From Felis catus (taxonomy: Eukaryota): a DNA stretch of 64,000 nt. Numbering within the stretch: the stretch's first letter is position 1; the number at the start of each line of letters is the position of its first letter. Positions 25,600 to 39,307 of the stretch are shown here, one piece after another. The position numbers and the translations under genes are program-made. Where the stretch lies: contig NC_058368.1 in NCBI RefSeq assembly GCF_018350175.1, positions 103,292,001 through 103,356,000 on the forward strand, written 5' to 3'. The notes under the pieces are model-generated. The model saw only the letters and a program-made list of their open reading frames with translations, had not been told where the DNA came from and ran no database searches.

Positions 25600-27033
25600 A
25601 GGTTTCAGTTCTCTAAACATTCTTCCCAGGCAGCCCATGTGATGACATAATAGAAGTCTGATTATCTAGGGAAACTTTACAGGCATTTAAACCCACATTA
25701 CTGGCATGTAGTGCTGGAAAGGTTCCCATTTGGATTTGTAATGGGCTGTGATTAAGTAAAAATAAAATTTGTGTGTACCAAGGGGTGCAATGCATTACAA
25801 AAGGAGGTAAAGTAAGGCCAAGCTATTTGCACTTACCAGAGTAGATTAAAGTATAAATTACGGCAAAATGGTATTTACCCCTTCCTGGCATGCCCATTCT
25901 AATAATGCTTGCTCCTGACCTTTGTGAACTAGAAAGTCAGAGAACATAAGTATGTAGGCGGCAGTGGTATTTGTTTTGGTCCAGCAGGATTTCTTGGATC
26001 CAAAGGTTGAATGGGAATCTTCTTTCTTAGCCAAATTTGTCCTAAGCCAGAAATATCTCAGGCTCAACTCAAACTTAACTTCAAACTTAGGTTTGCCAGA
26101 AGAGTTAGAAAGAGCTGGAGCGAGCCAGAGAGAGAGACTGAGAGACAGACAAACAGACCTCCTTCAAGAAAAACATGTTTAATCTAAAAAGAATGAAAAC
26201 AAAGATTGCAGCTTTTGCATTTTTCACATGCTAGATAAAAATAACATATTACCTTAAAATTTATTTTGGTATTCTCCCATTCACATGACTCTTCTCAAAC
26301 CACCAAGTACCCAACATACCCATACTGCCCTCCTAATGTCCAAAGACAGACCAACTTCAATTTTTACTCTATCAGTGTATCATTTTTTTCTCTGTGATTA
26401 ACCCTAAAACAGGTTTTTGTTTGGGAAAAAAAAATTGGCTCATCTTCACCTGTGAACCTAGGAACCTCGGAGACTTGACTTTCTTCGTATAATACTGTTG
26501 CCAGATTATATGTTAGATCATTTAATGAATAATGTTAAAATCACTTTTTCTTCTGGAAAAATGCTTACACTCTAATGTAAACCCAAGACAATAATAAATA
26601 TTTGAATATTGACCATTCCGAAAATACCGTTTACAAAATGAACAAAATGGATTAACCTTAAAGAGGGGGCAGAACTCTAGAGTGTTCTGGAATGCTTTGC
26701 ATTTTTTCCCTAAACAATTTGAAAAACTGTGTCAATTAAGTGAAGAAAGAGTAATAATACAGGGATTTGTTACATTCATGTTCATGTCACATTCAAGAGC
26801 CTGTGAAATTATTTTGCACGGAAATCTAAAATGCTAGACTAATTCTTGGCATAACTCAAAAGCGAGCACTTACTTGTTCACACTCTTTGCTCTCTTCCAA
26901 ATAAAATAAGAACAGCTTTGGAGATGCTTCTTCAAGCAAAATAGCTTTTGGAGAAAAAATATCTTCAATTTAGTTTAGCTGTAGTACTTAGATTAGTTTG
27001 TGGATATCTGGGTCTATTAATAAAAGTATATTC

Positions 27034-27230
27034 GGGGCGCCTGGGTGGCTCAGTTGGTTAAGCATCCGACTCTTGGTTTCAACTGAGGTCATGATCTCAC
27101 GGTTCATGGGTTTGAGCCCTGCATTGGGATTTGCACTGACCAGGCAGAACCTGCTTGGGATTCTCTCTCTTTGTGCCTCCCCCATTTGCAGTCTTTGTCT
27201 CTCTCAAAATAAACAAACTTAAAAAAAAAA
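27034..27230 (+). mobile_element. CAN-SINE
   Basis: Head ggggcgcctgggtggctcag and A-tail. Degenerate TSD aaagtatattc / agagtacattc. Confidence 0.95.
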
Positions 27231-28269
27231 AGAGTACATTCTTATGAAATAGATATTTCATTTTGGAAAAAAAGAAAAATGTGGCATAGATGTTTGTCTT
27301 GTTTTTAAGAGAATGTGTAACAGAATGACCCTCTTCCTTACAATTTACGATCTCCAGTATGTGAGTAGTGAAAAGAATCTCTCCGGCCCAGAAGAACCCA
27401 ATTGTACTGTATCCAATAAGTTTCAAAACTAGTTAACCATTAATACTTAATAAGAGTTAACTTGTAGTTAATAGTAAGACTAATAGGGTTTTTGTCACAA
27501 TGCCCAAGGAGGCTGGAAAGACAGTTCCCAGGCTTCAGACCTTGCTACTTTTAGGAAAGGAACATCGCCAAACATAGGAACGATAGTCAAATGGTTCACG
27601 CCAACCAGCAGACATACCAAATGTCAACTACAGTCTATGCTTTGGCTTCATCAACATTAATATATTCCATCTTAAACATCCCAATAACATGCTAGTGCTT
27701 AACACAAATATACTCTTCCTCTCTCCAGAGAGGAACAATCAAAATTCTCAGTGGCTAATGTATCCAGCACTCTTCCTCCAGTTCTATCACTATATAATGA
27801 CAGACTCTCAACTGAGAGCTCAATTGTGATATTAATCATCTCCAACTATCCTGCATAAAAGGGTAGGGAAATAAGAGAAGAGAAGGTAGGGGGTAAGTGG
27901 AGAACGACAGGAGTAAAGACAAAAATCTATGCTTCTGAAATTTCCGGGGCCCTAATAAGTTCCCTCTTCCACTATTCATTCTGTACTCATTTTCCTTCAG
28001 TAGCACCTCAGCTAATTTGGAATTCTTTGCCTGGTGAGGTTGTTTAAAACTTCATTCATTCATAAGAAATCTGCCTGCATTGGATATTATTTAACTTCTA
28101 TAGAAGAGGCAATCCCTGCCCAAGGGGATATTTCTCTGTTACCATTGCTTAATTGTTATCCTATTTTTCTTGATAACTAGAAAAAAGAACCCCAAATATA
28201 GAACCCCCCCCCCTTTTTGCTCATTTAGTCAGTGGCATGAGGCACCTATAATGGCCAGAAGCAGCCTCA

Positions 28270-30520
28270 GTTTCTAATCGGATGGAACCATTATTATGTC
28301 TTCTGGAGGAATCATTCAAACATTAAGTCCTAATACCTCCAAATCAGTAGAGTCTAGGGAAAAGATGATGCAGAACAAAAATTTGGGAAGTGTATCAATG
28401 ACTGCTTCTTCTGTCTCTTTGTGGCCCAGACCCATGTTTTCTGGCTATGGGAGAATGGTCACAAAATATCAGCCACTGGTTTGCCATATACCAGATCCTA
28501 TAGAACAGACGCCAATCTTACAAGGTCCTCCAGCAATTGCAAAAATTAAGGCTTCTAAAGATCTATCATCTTTTCATAAGGCCAGATACTTCATATATTA
28601 TGATAAAAAAGGTATTAATAAGTCCATAGGTGGGGTCATTGGTAGAAGCATGGTAGACAATGAAAGGGAATCAAAATACAGAGAGTAACCTATTCTAGAA
28701 GAAGGCGATATATTTGAACTATTGGCATATGGCTGACTGACTCATGTAAGGTATAGGACCATATCCAGTCGCAGGGTTGGTCACTCTTGCTAGTGAACTG
28801 GTTCCCTATGAGTGATGGTAATCAGATTAATCTCCATGGGAATAAATATCTGTTGGTGAGCTTATGTGAAATGTTATTCCTAACACCATGGCCCCATTGT
28901 TCATGACCCTTCAAGAAGGCACTGAGGTGACTTCTCTGCCAGGGAAGGAAACTGACTAATAGAGTAGTGATGGTGATGTATGGATGTCACTATCTACCTG
29001 ATTGTTGAAATTCTCTTCCACACCAGAGCTCATCATGATCACTCACATGGAAAATGTATTTTCAAACTCAGAAAATCAGGGTGATAAGTCTTATGCAATC
29101 TTCTTTTTCACAAAGCCATACGTCTCCCACCCTAAATTCTTCTTCCATAATTACACAATTAGCTGCTACTTATCTCTCAGTGAAGTGATGTCTGTAGCTT
29201 CAGACATCTCTTTACCAAACAAAATAGATAATGAGACTCACTACTTGGAATTATGGCCACGGGGAGAATGACCCTTCCTAGGGTTCTTTAGACTTCCATG
29301 GCTACAAAAGTCACAACAACCTGCCTCTGGCTGACAGCATGTAGTGCAACATTTTCTCTTATCCCCTTTAGGTCCTGGAAACTACCTATAAAGCAGTAGG
29401 TACTGACTGGAATAGGGATGGCAATCTTAGAGAAGTGTGCCCACTGGGAATGCTCACAAAACTAATCTGTGCTTTTAAGCTGGGTCTCTGTATGTCACTG
29501 CAATTTGTAATAAACTGTTGCCAGCCTTCTGACTTTACAGCTTCCTGGAAAGTTCAAAACGGATACCTCAGATTACAGGGAAGCTGTTATCTGATGACCA
29601 GGCATCCAGTCTACACGTGTGACCAGGGCAAAACAAGGAGCAGTTTCTCAAAAGGAGAAGAGGTATAGGTGAAGAGACATGGCTTTGTTCTCAAATACTT
29701 GGGTGTCCATGGTAATTCTCCTGCTGTGTCTTTCCACCAGTTCAGACAGCTTCCTAATCTGCTATAAACACTTCTGTACCATCAAGTCACTGGTTCAAAA
29801 GAGACAGTGCCCTTGTTACTTGCCTTGTAGCCCAGACCAGCAGGAAGCCTTTCCCTGACTCTGTTCCTCTCTCAAGTATAAAGTGTTCCCAAACATCAAA
29901 CAGGTCTACCAAACATTCTATTGTTTGCTTGTTTGTTTGAAAGGCAGGGGGTGTAAGATATGCCAACTAACTTTTACTTTAAAAAGGCAATTTTGACATA
30001 AACAGAGTCCAGAAACATCAATGAGGTCCCAGAGCTCTGTAGTTATTTTAATGGAATTTATTTTCTACTCTCTGGCAGTCATGTGATCTTTTATGGCCTC
30101 TAGAATACTCAGTACTTTCTAAGTCCTGTAGACATATCACTACAGCTGTTGCAGCCTTGATGCAGTTGATGAGTCTAAATAGCTGTCTATCAGGTAAAAG
30201 CCACGGCTTCTGATGTTCTTTCCTTATTGGCATACATTTTAAAAAAGGAAGAAGGATTTTCCAGCTCAACAGCTGCATAACAGTTACCGGAGCCTGGGCT
30301 GATCTGCCCACATATACAATAGCAGCTGCAACGGAATATATCACTTAATTAAGCTCACAATATTCACCATCATTGTCCCAGACCCATGTGTCTTCTGCAC
30401 AGGTCCATCATGTGAGTTAAATAGACTTCTGATCAAAATTGTCACTCAGGCATCTTTCAAGGAAACCACGTGCAACACTTAGGCCAAGACACAGCCTATT
30501 CCATGATGTATTTCACATGT
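28270..30520 (-). mobile_element. Decayed ERVL-class internal fragment (pol: RT, probably extending through RNaseH and integrase)
   Basis: The minus strand near 30200-30425 gives FNS..GPVQKTHGS..., SVAAAI and PIRKEHQK, resembling ERV-L RT (FNSPIWPVQKTDGSW..IAAAVPD..PVHKAHQKQFAF). Confidence 0.75.
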
Positions 30521-30650
30521 ACTTTCCAAATACTTTACCCTGATAAAAATCACAGTCCTCCTTCCCTCAGCCCACCCCCTCAGCACCCCTTCTCAAACAT
30601 ATTTTCCAAAATTTTGCTGATATACAGAAGGGCAATCTCACAACTTCTTT

Positions 30651-30916
30651 ACATTTTTTAAAATTTATTTTCTTATTATTTTTTAATGTAATTTATTGCC
30701 AAATTGGCTAACATACAGTGTGTAAGGTGTGCTCTTGTTTTGGGGGAGGTCACAGAGGCTAATCTGAACCATGGGAGTGGTTCATCGCTTACATACAACA
30801 CCCAGTGCTCATGCCAACAGGTGCCCTCCTCAATGCACGTCACCCATCTTCCCCTCTCCCCTGCCCCCCCATCAACCCTCAGTTTGTTGTCTGTATTTAA
30901 GAGTCTTATGGTTTGC
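30651..30916 (-). mobile_element. 5'-truncated felid/carnivore L1 3'UTR fragment
   Basis: ttcatcgcttacatacaacacccagtgctc...tttaagagtcttatggtttgcct with T-tail. TSD ctcacaact at 30637 and 30917. Confidence 0.9.
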
Positions 30917-30930
30917 CTCACAACTGTTTT

Positions 30931-31131
30931 TTTAAGTGCTTATTTATGTTGAGAAATAGAGAGACAGCATGAGCAGGAGAGTGGCAGAGAGAGAGGGAAA
31001 GAAAATCCCAAGAGGCTCCAGGCCGTCAGCACAGAGCCTGACGTGGGGCTCCAACTCATGAGCCATGAGATTATGACCTGAGCCGAAAGCAAAAGTCAGA
31101 CGTTTAACTAAAAGAGCCACCCGGGTGCCCC
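30931..31131 (-). mobile_element. CAN-SINE
   Basis: TSD ctcacaa(c/t)tgtttt at 30917-30930 and 31132-31145. Confidence 0.95.
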
Positions 31132-32898
31132 CTCACAATTGTTTTCACGTGCAAGCTTTCTTCTCCCACATATGACACTCTAATTGGTGTTACAAATTTC
31201 AAACCCTCTAGAGCATTCTGTGTGATATGACTTTTGATATAGGTCTGGAGGCAATGAGGACAGGTGGAGACGGAGCTTGACAAGTCCTGGTTTCCACTTC
31301 AAAGGTGAGGACCTAGGTAAGGTCAATTCAAGGGCTTTAGGCACAAAAGGGACAGCTTGAGCAAGGTGAGGGGAGTAGCAGGGGAGAGTTACTGCTTCTT
31401 CTGACAAGGGATCATCAGTGGGATATGAGAGCTTGGGGTACCCAATATTCCCCTCATATGCTTTTGTTTCATTATTTAGGTTATATCGCATCTCGTCATT
31501 CAATCAAAAGTAGCATTTCAGAGAGAAGAGAAGAGGTAGGCAATTTATCATTTATATCACTGAGGTAAAGGGTAAGAAAGAAACAGTACAAGTGATTAGT
31601 GTCAGAAAACTCAGTTCTACTGAATGGAAAATTATTCATCTAGTCATCAGATAATTCTTCTAAAAACCTTTATGTAGTGGGAGAAAGCCTCCTTTACGGT
31701 TCTGTTTCTATTTATGTAGCAACTGTAGAAATATATAACATATTCACAACATGGAAGCTAAGTGCTGCTGACTTTTCCCCCCTTGTATGGCAAATTAAGT
31801 TGAAAAAGGATCCTAACTGTAAAAACTATTTCATGCGGTGGAAGAATGCAGAATGTAAATTCATTGGAAAATAAGGTTTAAAAATAAAATTCCAAATTAA
31901 ATAGCCATTTTATAATGACACTAGGTGACTCTAGGGCATGCTTTACTGGGCTATTAATACATGCCTCAAGCAGTTGAAGGCACCCAAGGCGTGCATTAAT
32001 AGACACTAAAACACGCCCTGTCATGCTTTAATGCTAAATTAATTAAGCACTAACGTGACCTGTATGAAGGTCTTTCTTGGTCCAGCAATTACTGAATGGA
32101 AAGAGATAAAGGTATTTTCAGACACTGCTTGGCCAAACAATGGTTAGTTTGCATACATAAATAGAATAATGTTTTTATAAACTACAGTTTGGGTTTTTTT
32201 TTGTTCCCCAAATAATTTCAAAGTTATGTTGAGGACAAAAAAGGAAATTTTTAGCTCATTTAGGCCATACTCCTATCTTTTGTTTAAAGGAGTCCCTTTG
32301 AGCTTAGAGATACAAATGCACATCTGATGACTTTGGTTTCATATATTTTTCATTTGAATCTCATTCGATCAGTGAGTCATAAAAATAAAAAGTCAACAAA
32401 AGCATATTCAAAAGACACATGTACTTGCTATAGGAAGCAAGTTTACAGTCAACACAATTTCTCACTGAGCTTACAAATTCTATTAATTATTGCTTTTATT
32501 GAATTCCTTTAATGCTGACTTTTCCAAATTTAACTTCAGAATTACTACTAGTGAGAAAAAGCTCTTAAAACATTTAAATTATAATTCCTTTGTAAATACA
32601 GATACCACCCTTCCCTTGAAAAGAAGATAGGAAAATTATATATCAAGAAATACATTTAGCATATGATATGGTATAGTTCAGCTTTCCTCTAAATTTTGAA
32701 CAAGGACTTTTGTCTATTTTATACACTGATGTATCTCAAGGTACACAGTAGACAGATCTCAGTGGGCATTTGTTGTGTGAATGAATAAATGAAAGAATGC
32801 TTGCTCTACACCATAAAGTATATTAAGGAAACCAAAGCAAAAACATGTGGTTCTTGCTCTCAAGTTGCTCACAACCTCTCAAGGAAAGAAAAGAATCC

Positions 32899-32915
32899 TT
32901 TTTTTTTTTTTTTTT

Positions 32916-32946
<31 letters not shown>

Positions 32947-33093
32947 CATGAGCAGGAAAGACAGAGAGAATCTTAAGCAGGCTCCATGCCTAATGCAGAG
33001 CCTGATGTGGGGCTCAATCCCACCACCATGAAATCAAGACCTGAGCAGAAATCAGGAGTCGAACATTTAACCGATTGAGCCACCCAGGCACCC
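32899..33093 (-). mobile_element. CAN-SINE (shorter, older carnivore type)
   Basis: Poly-T, (GA)n, ...ttgagccacccaggcaccc; flanked by gaaaagaa repeats. Confidence 0.95.
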
Positions 33094-33619
33094 TGAAAAG
33101 AACACTTTTGTAACTAGCAATGATGTCATTTTGTTTTTTTACTTTTATTTTTAAAAAATCATTTTGAAGGCTATTTGGGAAGGGTTCACAGTGACCATTT
33201 TGAAACTACTACATCTGTTCACCAAGCTGGATGAGGAGCTGCTTCAGGCACAGAAAAAATCACAAAGGAACAAATGAATGGACGTGCATTGTAACAGCAA
33301 TGTCAGGACTGGAATGTGGGGGCAGGGCAGACAGGAAATGCAGAGGAAGACAGACTAGAAGCTTGGAGGTGGATGGTCGAAGACCCTGAACACTTACAAA
33401 GAGTTTTTTTAAAAAGAAGAGAGAAGTCAACTTGTATTCAGTGTTGTTTAGGTGTTCAATTAAGAAAATATAAGAAAATATCCATATTACCTATTAGGGG
33501 TTTCTTGATGATCATTGCAAACATGTGTTGAATCAAATGATGGCCGAAGAAGCCAGATGAGAGTGAATTAAGAATAAATGTAATGGCAAAGATAATTTTT
33601 AAGAAGGCAAAGGATGGAA

Positions 33620-35010
33620 GTCCATTCCCTCATAATTAAAATCACAAAACTATACCAGCCAACTCAGTGTGGTATGAGAATTAAAATAAAACCGGATTAA
33701 GTGCCAAGAAACAGACACACATATGTAACAAAAAATGTGATATGACGGAAATGGCATTCCAAATCACTTGGAAAGAATGGACAATTCAGTAAGTGATGCT
33801 GGAATAATATAAAGCCACAACCATAGCTCACTCTACAAACACAAACACATATATACACAGATCATAGAGCAATTAAAAGTCTAAGGCTAACAAGTGAAAC
33901 TTTTAGAGTAAAATATATTTATTATATCAGTAAAGAAATGTATTCTCAAATAAGACACATAAAGTATAAGTCCATTGAAAAGACTGCTATTTTACATTAC
34001 AAATTAAAATTCAAAAATCCCTCATGACAAAAGACACTATCAGCCAAGGTTAAAGAAAAGTCATAGACTGGAAAAGTTACTTGACCAATAACTAATCATT
34101 TGACTAACTCTAACTGACTTAGAGCTAGTACTCAGAATATATAAATAAATTCTATAAATCAATATGAAGAATCCAGCAGAAAAGCAGGATTGACATGAAA
34201 AGGTAGTTTATATAAGAAGAACCCTGGATATGACAATGATCATAGTCACTCATCCTTGCTGATCCTCAGTACAAATTAAAACAAGGAAACACCATTTCAT
34301 ATTGATCCAACTGACAAAACTGAATGTGTCCGATTGCTGATGGGAATGTACAGCTACATCTGAGAGAAATCTGACAATACCCATTGAATTAAAGATGCAC
34401 AAACCATAGATCTCATCAATTATACTTCCATATACATTCATTGTGGAAAACCCAACACATGTACACAATGAATCATACGTAAGGAGGATAATTTTAGCAC
34501 ATATTTGAAGAAAAAAATTGGGAAGAATCATTTATTTACGGAGAAATGAAGAATAAGTAACTGCTGGTGCTTATGCAAAGGGGAATACTTTAAAGTAATT
34601 AAAATATATGAATATGGAGAAACCTAAAATGTAACAATGAATGAACAGAGTAACTCATCAAAGACTATGGACAGGATGAAAGTATTTATGGAAAATTATA
34701 AATGCAAACAAAACCCCTATACTTCTATGACTGCACATATGATAAAAGTATAGAATCACACTGGAGTATAAGACACTCTAAATTCCAACACTGTTATTGC
34801 AATAACACTGTATAAGCAATAACACTGTTATTGCTACAAGAGGCAAGAGTAATAGGAATGTAGAAATACAGCTGAGACTGCCATTTATGAATCAAACGTC
34901 TCAAAATGACAACATCTCTTAAATCTACAGAATGAGTACATGAGAGGTTGTCACAACATTTTGGGGTTAAATAATTCAGAAATATAAATTAAAAATTAAA
35001 AATACACAAT
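33620..35010 (+). mobile_element. Ancient L1 (L1M-type) ORF2 3' end and 3'UTR
   Basis: cagtgtggtat...gaaacagacacacatatg...ggaaagaatggacaattcagtaagtgatgctgg...aaacaaggaaacaccatttc; highly decayed. Confidence 0.75.
34788..34834. repeat. Tandem of about three 17-bp near-palindromic units (aataacactgttattgc)
   Basis: aacactgttattgc aataacactgtataagc aataacactgttattgc. Confidence 0.9.
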
Positions 35011-35239
35011 TAGAATTTAAAGTAATAAGTGGTATATTAGATGTCAGCAAAATATTTATAAGTCAACAATTTATGATCAAAATATTTATGAAGTCAACAT
35101 TAGGGCTATTTTTAAGTTCCTTGAGGGAAAAGGCCACTCGCTTAGATTAGAGTAGATTGTACTTTTGGGCAGGTATGTGTGAATTCACGGCAGACCTGGC
35201 AAGACAAGTATACGTGATCAATAGATAATTAGAGGAAAG

Positions 35240-37340
35240 ATTCAATCACATGATTCAGGCATTTAACAATCACTTATTGGGCATGCACCATGTTCTCAGC
35301 AATAATCTGGATGCCAAAGGTCTAAAGAGACAAAAATCCTTGTCTTCATGGAACTTACATATTAATAGGTGGAGACAGAAAGTAAATATAATAAATAAGT
35401 AAAAGAAAAAAGAATATGTACAAGCAGAAGAAAGAAGAGTTGGACAAGTGGTCAGGTCTACCAGTGTTAGGGAGTACTGGTGGAAGAAGGTGTGGTATTA
35501 AAGAAAGGGTGGCAAAGTTACACTTGCTAAGAAGCTGACTTTTGAGCAAAAACTTAAAAAGTTGAGTAGGGAAGACACAGGGAGGACAGGGAAGGGAAAA
35601 CAGTCAGTGCCAAAGCCCTGAGGCACAAATGTCTCTGGTAAATTCAAGGAACAGTAAGGAAGCCAATGTGGCCGAAGCAAAGTGGAATAGAGGGCAAAAA
35701 CCAGGAGATGGTGTGAAAGAAAAAACAGATCCAGCAAATGTAGGTCTTCACAGGCTGTTGTAGAGATTTAGATTTAGTTTGGACGATTTTGAACAGAAGA
35801 ATGATGACTTTCATTTAAAAAGACATACTGGCTGCTGTGTTGAGTAAAAAAAAGTATGGAGAGGACAAAATCAGGGAAGTCAGTTAGTAGGCTAGTCTAA
35901 CAATCCAGGCAAAAGATGATAATGGCTCAGATAAATAGAGAGACAAACTGTGAACATATTTTGAAGTTTGAACCAAGAAAATTTGCTGAGGAAATACATG
36001 TGGGAAGTAAAGGAAGATAAAAGTCATGAATGACTACAAGTTTTGTGGCCTGTGCAACAGAAAGAAGGGGCAAATTTATTCAGTTGGGGTTGAGCAGGTG
36101 GAGCATATTTGTGAAAAAAGAAAAGCAGTTCAGAGTGTGGCACAAAAAAGTTTATAATTATACCAAGAAGAAGGAGCTGGTTGGGGGAAAGGGAATCCAA
36201 GAGTATGTGTTGTTTGGAAGCCAAAAGAAAGTCCGTCAAGATAGAAAAAATGATTCAGTGATCTCTGTCCCACAGATGTGGGTAAAACCCTGATTGGACT
36301 GATTTAAGAAGTTAAGTGGTAAAGAAGAATTGGAGAGGCTTCACATAGAGAACTATTTCAAAGTGTTGTCACTTTTTGTTGTTGTTTTAATTTTTAAAAT
36401 TTTTTTACGAGGAGAAGCTGAGAAATGGAGTGATAGTTGCGGGGGAGGAGGTCTGGGAATCCACCCTCAAGTGACCTCTACTTGCTGAAGTGGGCTCAGG
36501 AAAAGAAGATTTTAAAGATGAGGGACACTGGTTGAGGGAACATATTTGATAGGAAGGATGGGAGGAGAGAGACGGAGAGGAGGAGAAAGGGAAAGAGAAA
36601 AAGAGAGAGGAGAATGGGAACCCAAGTGAAGTGTCCAGCATTGGATAAGAGCAGGCTATCTGGTCTACCACAGTAGGGGGAAAGGCAAAATGTGTAGGTG
36701 CAGATTCTGGTAAGAATCTGGTAGACGGAAGGACGGAACTTAGGCAAGTTCTTTTTCAAGTGCTTTAATTTTCTTAATGAAAAAGGGTATGAAATCCTCA
36801 ACTGTGAATAAGAACAGGAAAAAATGTTAAAGATTTGAAATGAGAGGCAATTGTGTGAATTATTTGCTTAGGAGACTGTGTGCGTGAATGAACTATGGAA
36901 ATGTAAGACTGCTGGGCATTTTTAGAGATCAATTTTTTGAGTTCATAATCATGAATTTAAAGTGAAACTGCCGTTACGCCTTATCCTCCAGTCATGTTCA
37001 GTTGTACAGTTGGTATTTATTTATTTAGGGCTGGTTTTGATAGGAGGTTAAGATAAAACAAAATACCGGAAATAGAATTGTAGATGTTTTCAAGAAAGTA
37101 GTTAAAATGATTGTAGAATTTAAGTTGCCTAAGTAAGAAAGAGAAGATGAGACGAGTGTGGGATATTGAAAAGATGAGAGGACTGTAGGTCGTAGGCAGT
37201 GGTAGTTGGTCTTTCTCAAGTTGGAGGATTAGGCATAGAGAAAGAATGAACTGGAAAGATGGGAGGTGTCAATCAGGGAGTGGATACGTGAAATTATTAG
37301 CAATCATTTGAAGAGGAATTAGTTACTAGCAATAACATGG
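35240..37340 (-). mobile_element. Long L2 remnant
   Basis: Starts at an L2 3' end (atttaacaatcacttattgggcatgcaccatg...cttgtcttcatggaacttacat), with cagtgccaaagccctgaggca and ggctgctgtgttgag, and stays purine-rich. The far boundary is approximate. Confidence 0.8.
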
Positions 37341-39071
37341 CTAAGATACCAATGTGAGAATCATTACCATGTAGACTGAATATGAAACTACGCCAATAAG
37401 GTACCCAAGAACAGCAGAGAGAAAAAAAGAAGTATAAAAAAATTTTGTTTCCTTTCACGTTGCCCTCTGAGGAAGAAAAAGCTCCTCCACCCCTCCAACA
37501 CTGTTTCTAAGGTCTCTCTGTTCACATTTTCCTCTTTTTGATCAAGGCTGCAAGATAGAAGAAGAGGACGCTTCAATACCCAAGAGAAGGTAAAGGTACA
37601 AAGCTAAAAGACGAAAGTCAGAAGACTACTATTACCCTGTTTGTACTTTTTCCTTCCCGTCCCTTCACTTTCGATGCCACAACTATGCTTTCAGGATGCA
37701 TCTTTAATTTTATAGCTACTGTAAAGGGCTGGCAAAATTGGGCTTGACCCATAAAATGTCCCTTTATAGGTGTCTTTTCAAGCACATGTATGTTAAGGTG
37801 GCCATACAAAGAAAACTTTGGAATTTGTGTACTGGGAAGAGACAACTGCTGTATCCTTTGAAGAAACACAATTTTATTTGGGGACCTTCAGACAAGCTCT
37901 TTTGAAACGACACAACATTTCATGCTAGCTGATGAATCCTCATTCTTTTCTACACAGATATTGGTACCCTGAAGCTTCTGAAAAGAAAGATTATAGTACT
38001 GTCTGATATGACCACTACATTGGTGCATAAGCTTTAACCTTCCAATTTAAACTTTAGTTATAACTCCACTTTCTACAAGCATAGAAATGTCGGGTGCTGG
38101 GTTTTTGTTCACCTCTCTAGCATGCTCATTGAAGAGGCACTTGGGTACATTTTGTTCAAAGTCAATGGGACTTCCATCAGTGAAAGATTTCAGCAGTGTC
38201 GACAAAATGAACATTTGGTCTGATGTAGCGTGCTGTGACCCACAGCTGTAACAACCAGCTGCGTCTGCTCAAACTTCAGCCATCAGCCAGCTCCATCGTG
38301 TAATGGAATCTTAGTCACAGAATGGCTACATAACAATGGGTTTCACAAGGTCATTTTAGAAAAGAAAACTATGGTTAGTATGAACAGTTGCTAAAAATAC
38401 AAGGTTATAAGTATAACAAACACAAGAGATACCACTGATGTTTCACATAGTCTGAATGCATAAAGCATAAAAAAGTAACCTTGCCTTGCAGTTTAGTCAA
38501 ATACTATTTTTAATACACAATATATAATTTTAATACATAAACTATGTACTAGCAAACGGAATCACTAAGGAGCCAAGCAATAAAGATTAGGAATATAAAA
38601 AAATAATGATATTCATATAGATTCGGCTGGCTGGCCGAATCAGTTTCACAAAGTGGATGAGATTTGGTACCTAAGGAAACTTCCGAGGATATCACCAAGC
38701 AAGGCAAAATTTCGCAATATTCTGGAAGTGAAGATTTAATTCACGTTAGAAAATATGATTATGGAATCAGTGAACATTAAACATACAGTATTTATATTTG
38801 TAACATAATAAATATAATAAAGGATGAAGTAACTATGTTAATAACAAAAAAATGTTCTGATGAATAATGGGTAACCCTGAAAGAGAAATGAATAGTACAA
38901 ATTATTCAATACACAAAGGAGAGAGTGCTCTGATTCTAAATTACTAGTCTTGGTTTTTATGAAAAATATCCCAGAACCAGGGATACAATTCTCCACTGAA
39001 GGACCACACATGATCAACCTGGATAAACACAGCCTATTGAAAACTGACCACAGCCAATTTGTTCATTTTCC

Positions 39072-39307
39072 TTTTTTTTTTTTCCAAATTTTTAAAAGTC
39101 TATTTATTTTTGAGAGAGAGAGAGAGAGAGACAGAGAGCGAGCAGGGGAGGGGAAGAGAGAGAGAGAGGGAGACACAGAATCTGAAGCAGGCTCCAGGCT
39201 CTGAGCCATCAGCCTAGAGCCTGACGCGGGGCTCGAACTCACGAACCGTGAGATCGTGACCTGAGCTGAAGTCGGACGCTCAACCGACTGAGCCACCCAG
39301 GCACCCC
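39072..39307 (-). mobile_element. CAN-SINE, CpG-rich copy, first unit of a tandem dimer
   Basis: gcctgacgcggggctcgaactcacgaaccgtgagatcgtg...gagccacccaggcacccc. Confidence 0.95.
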
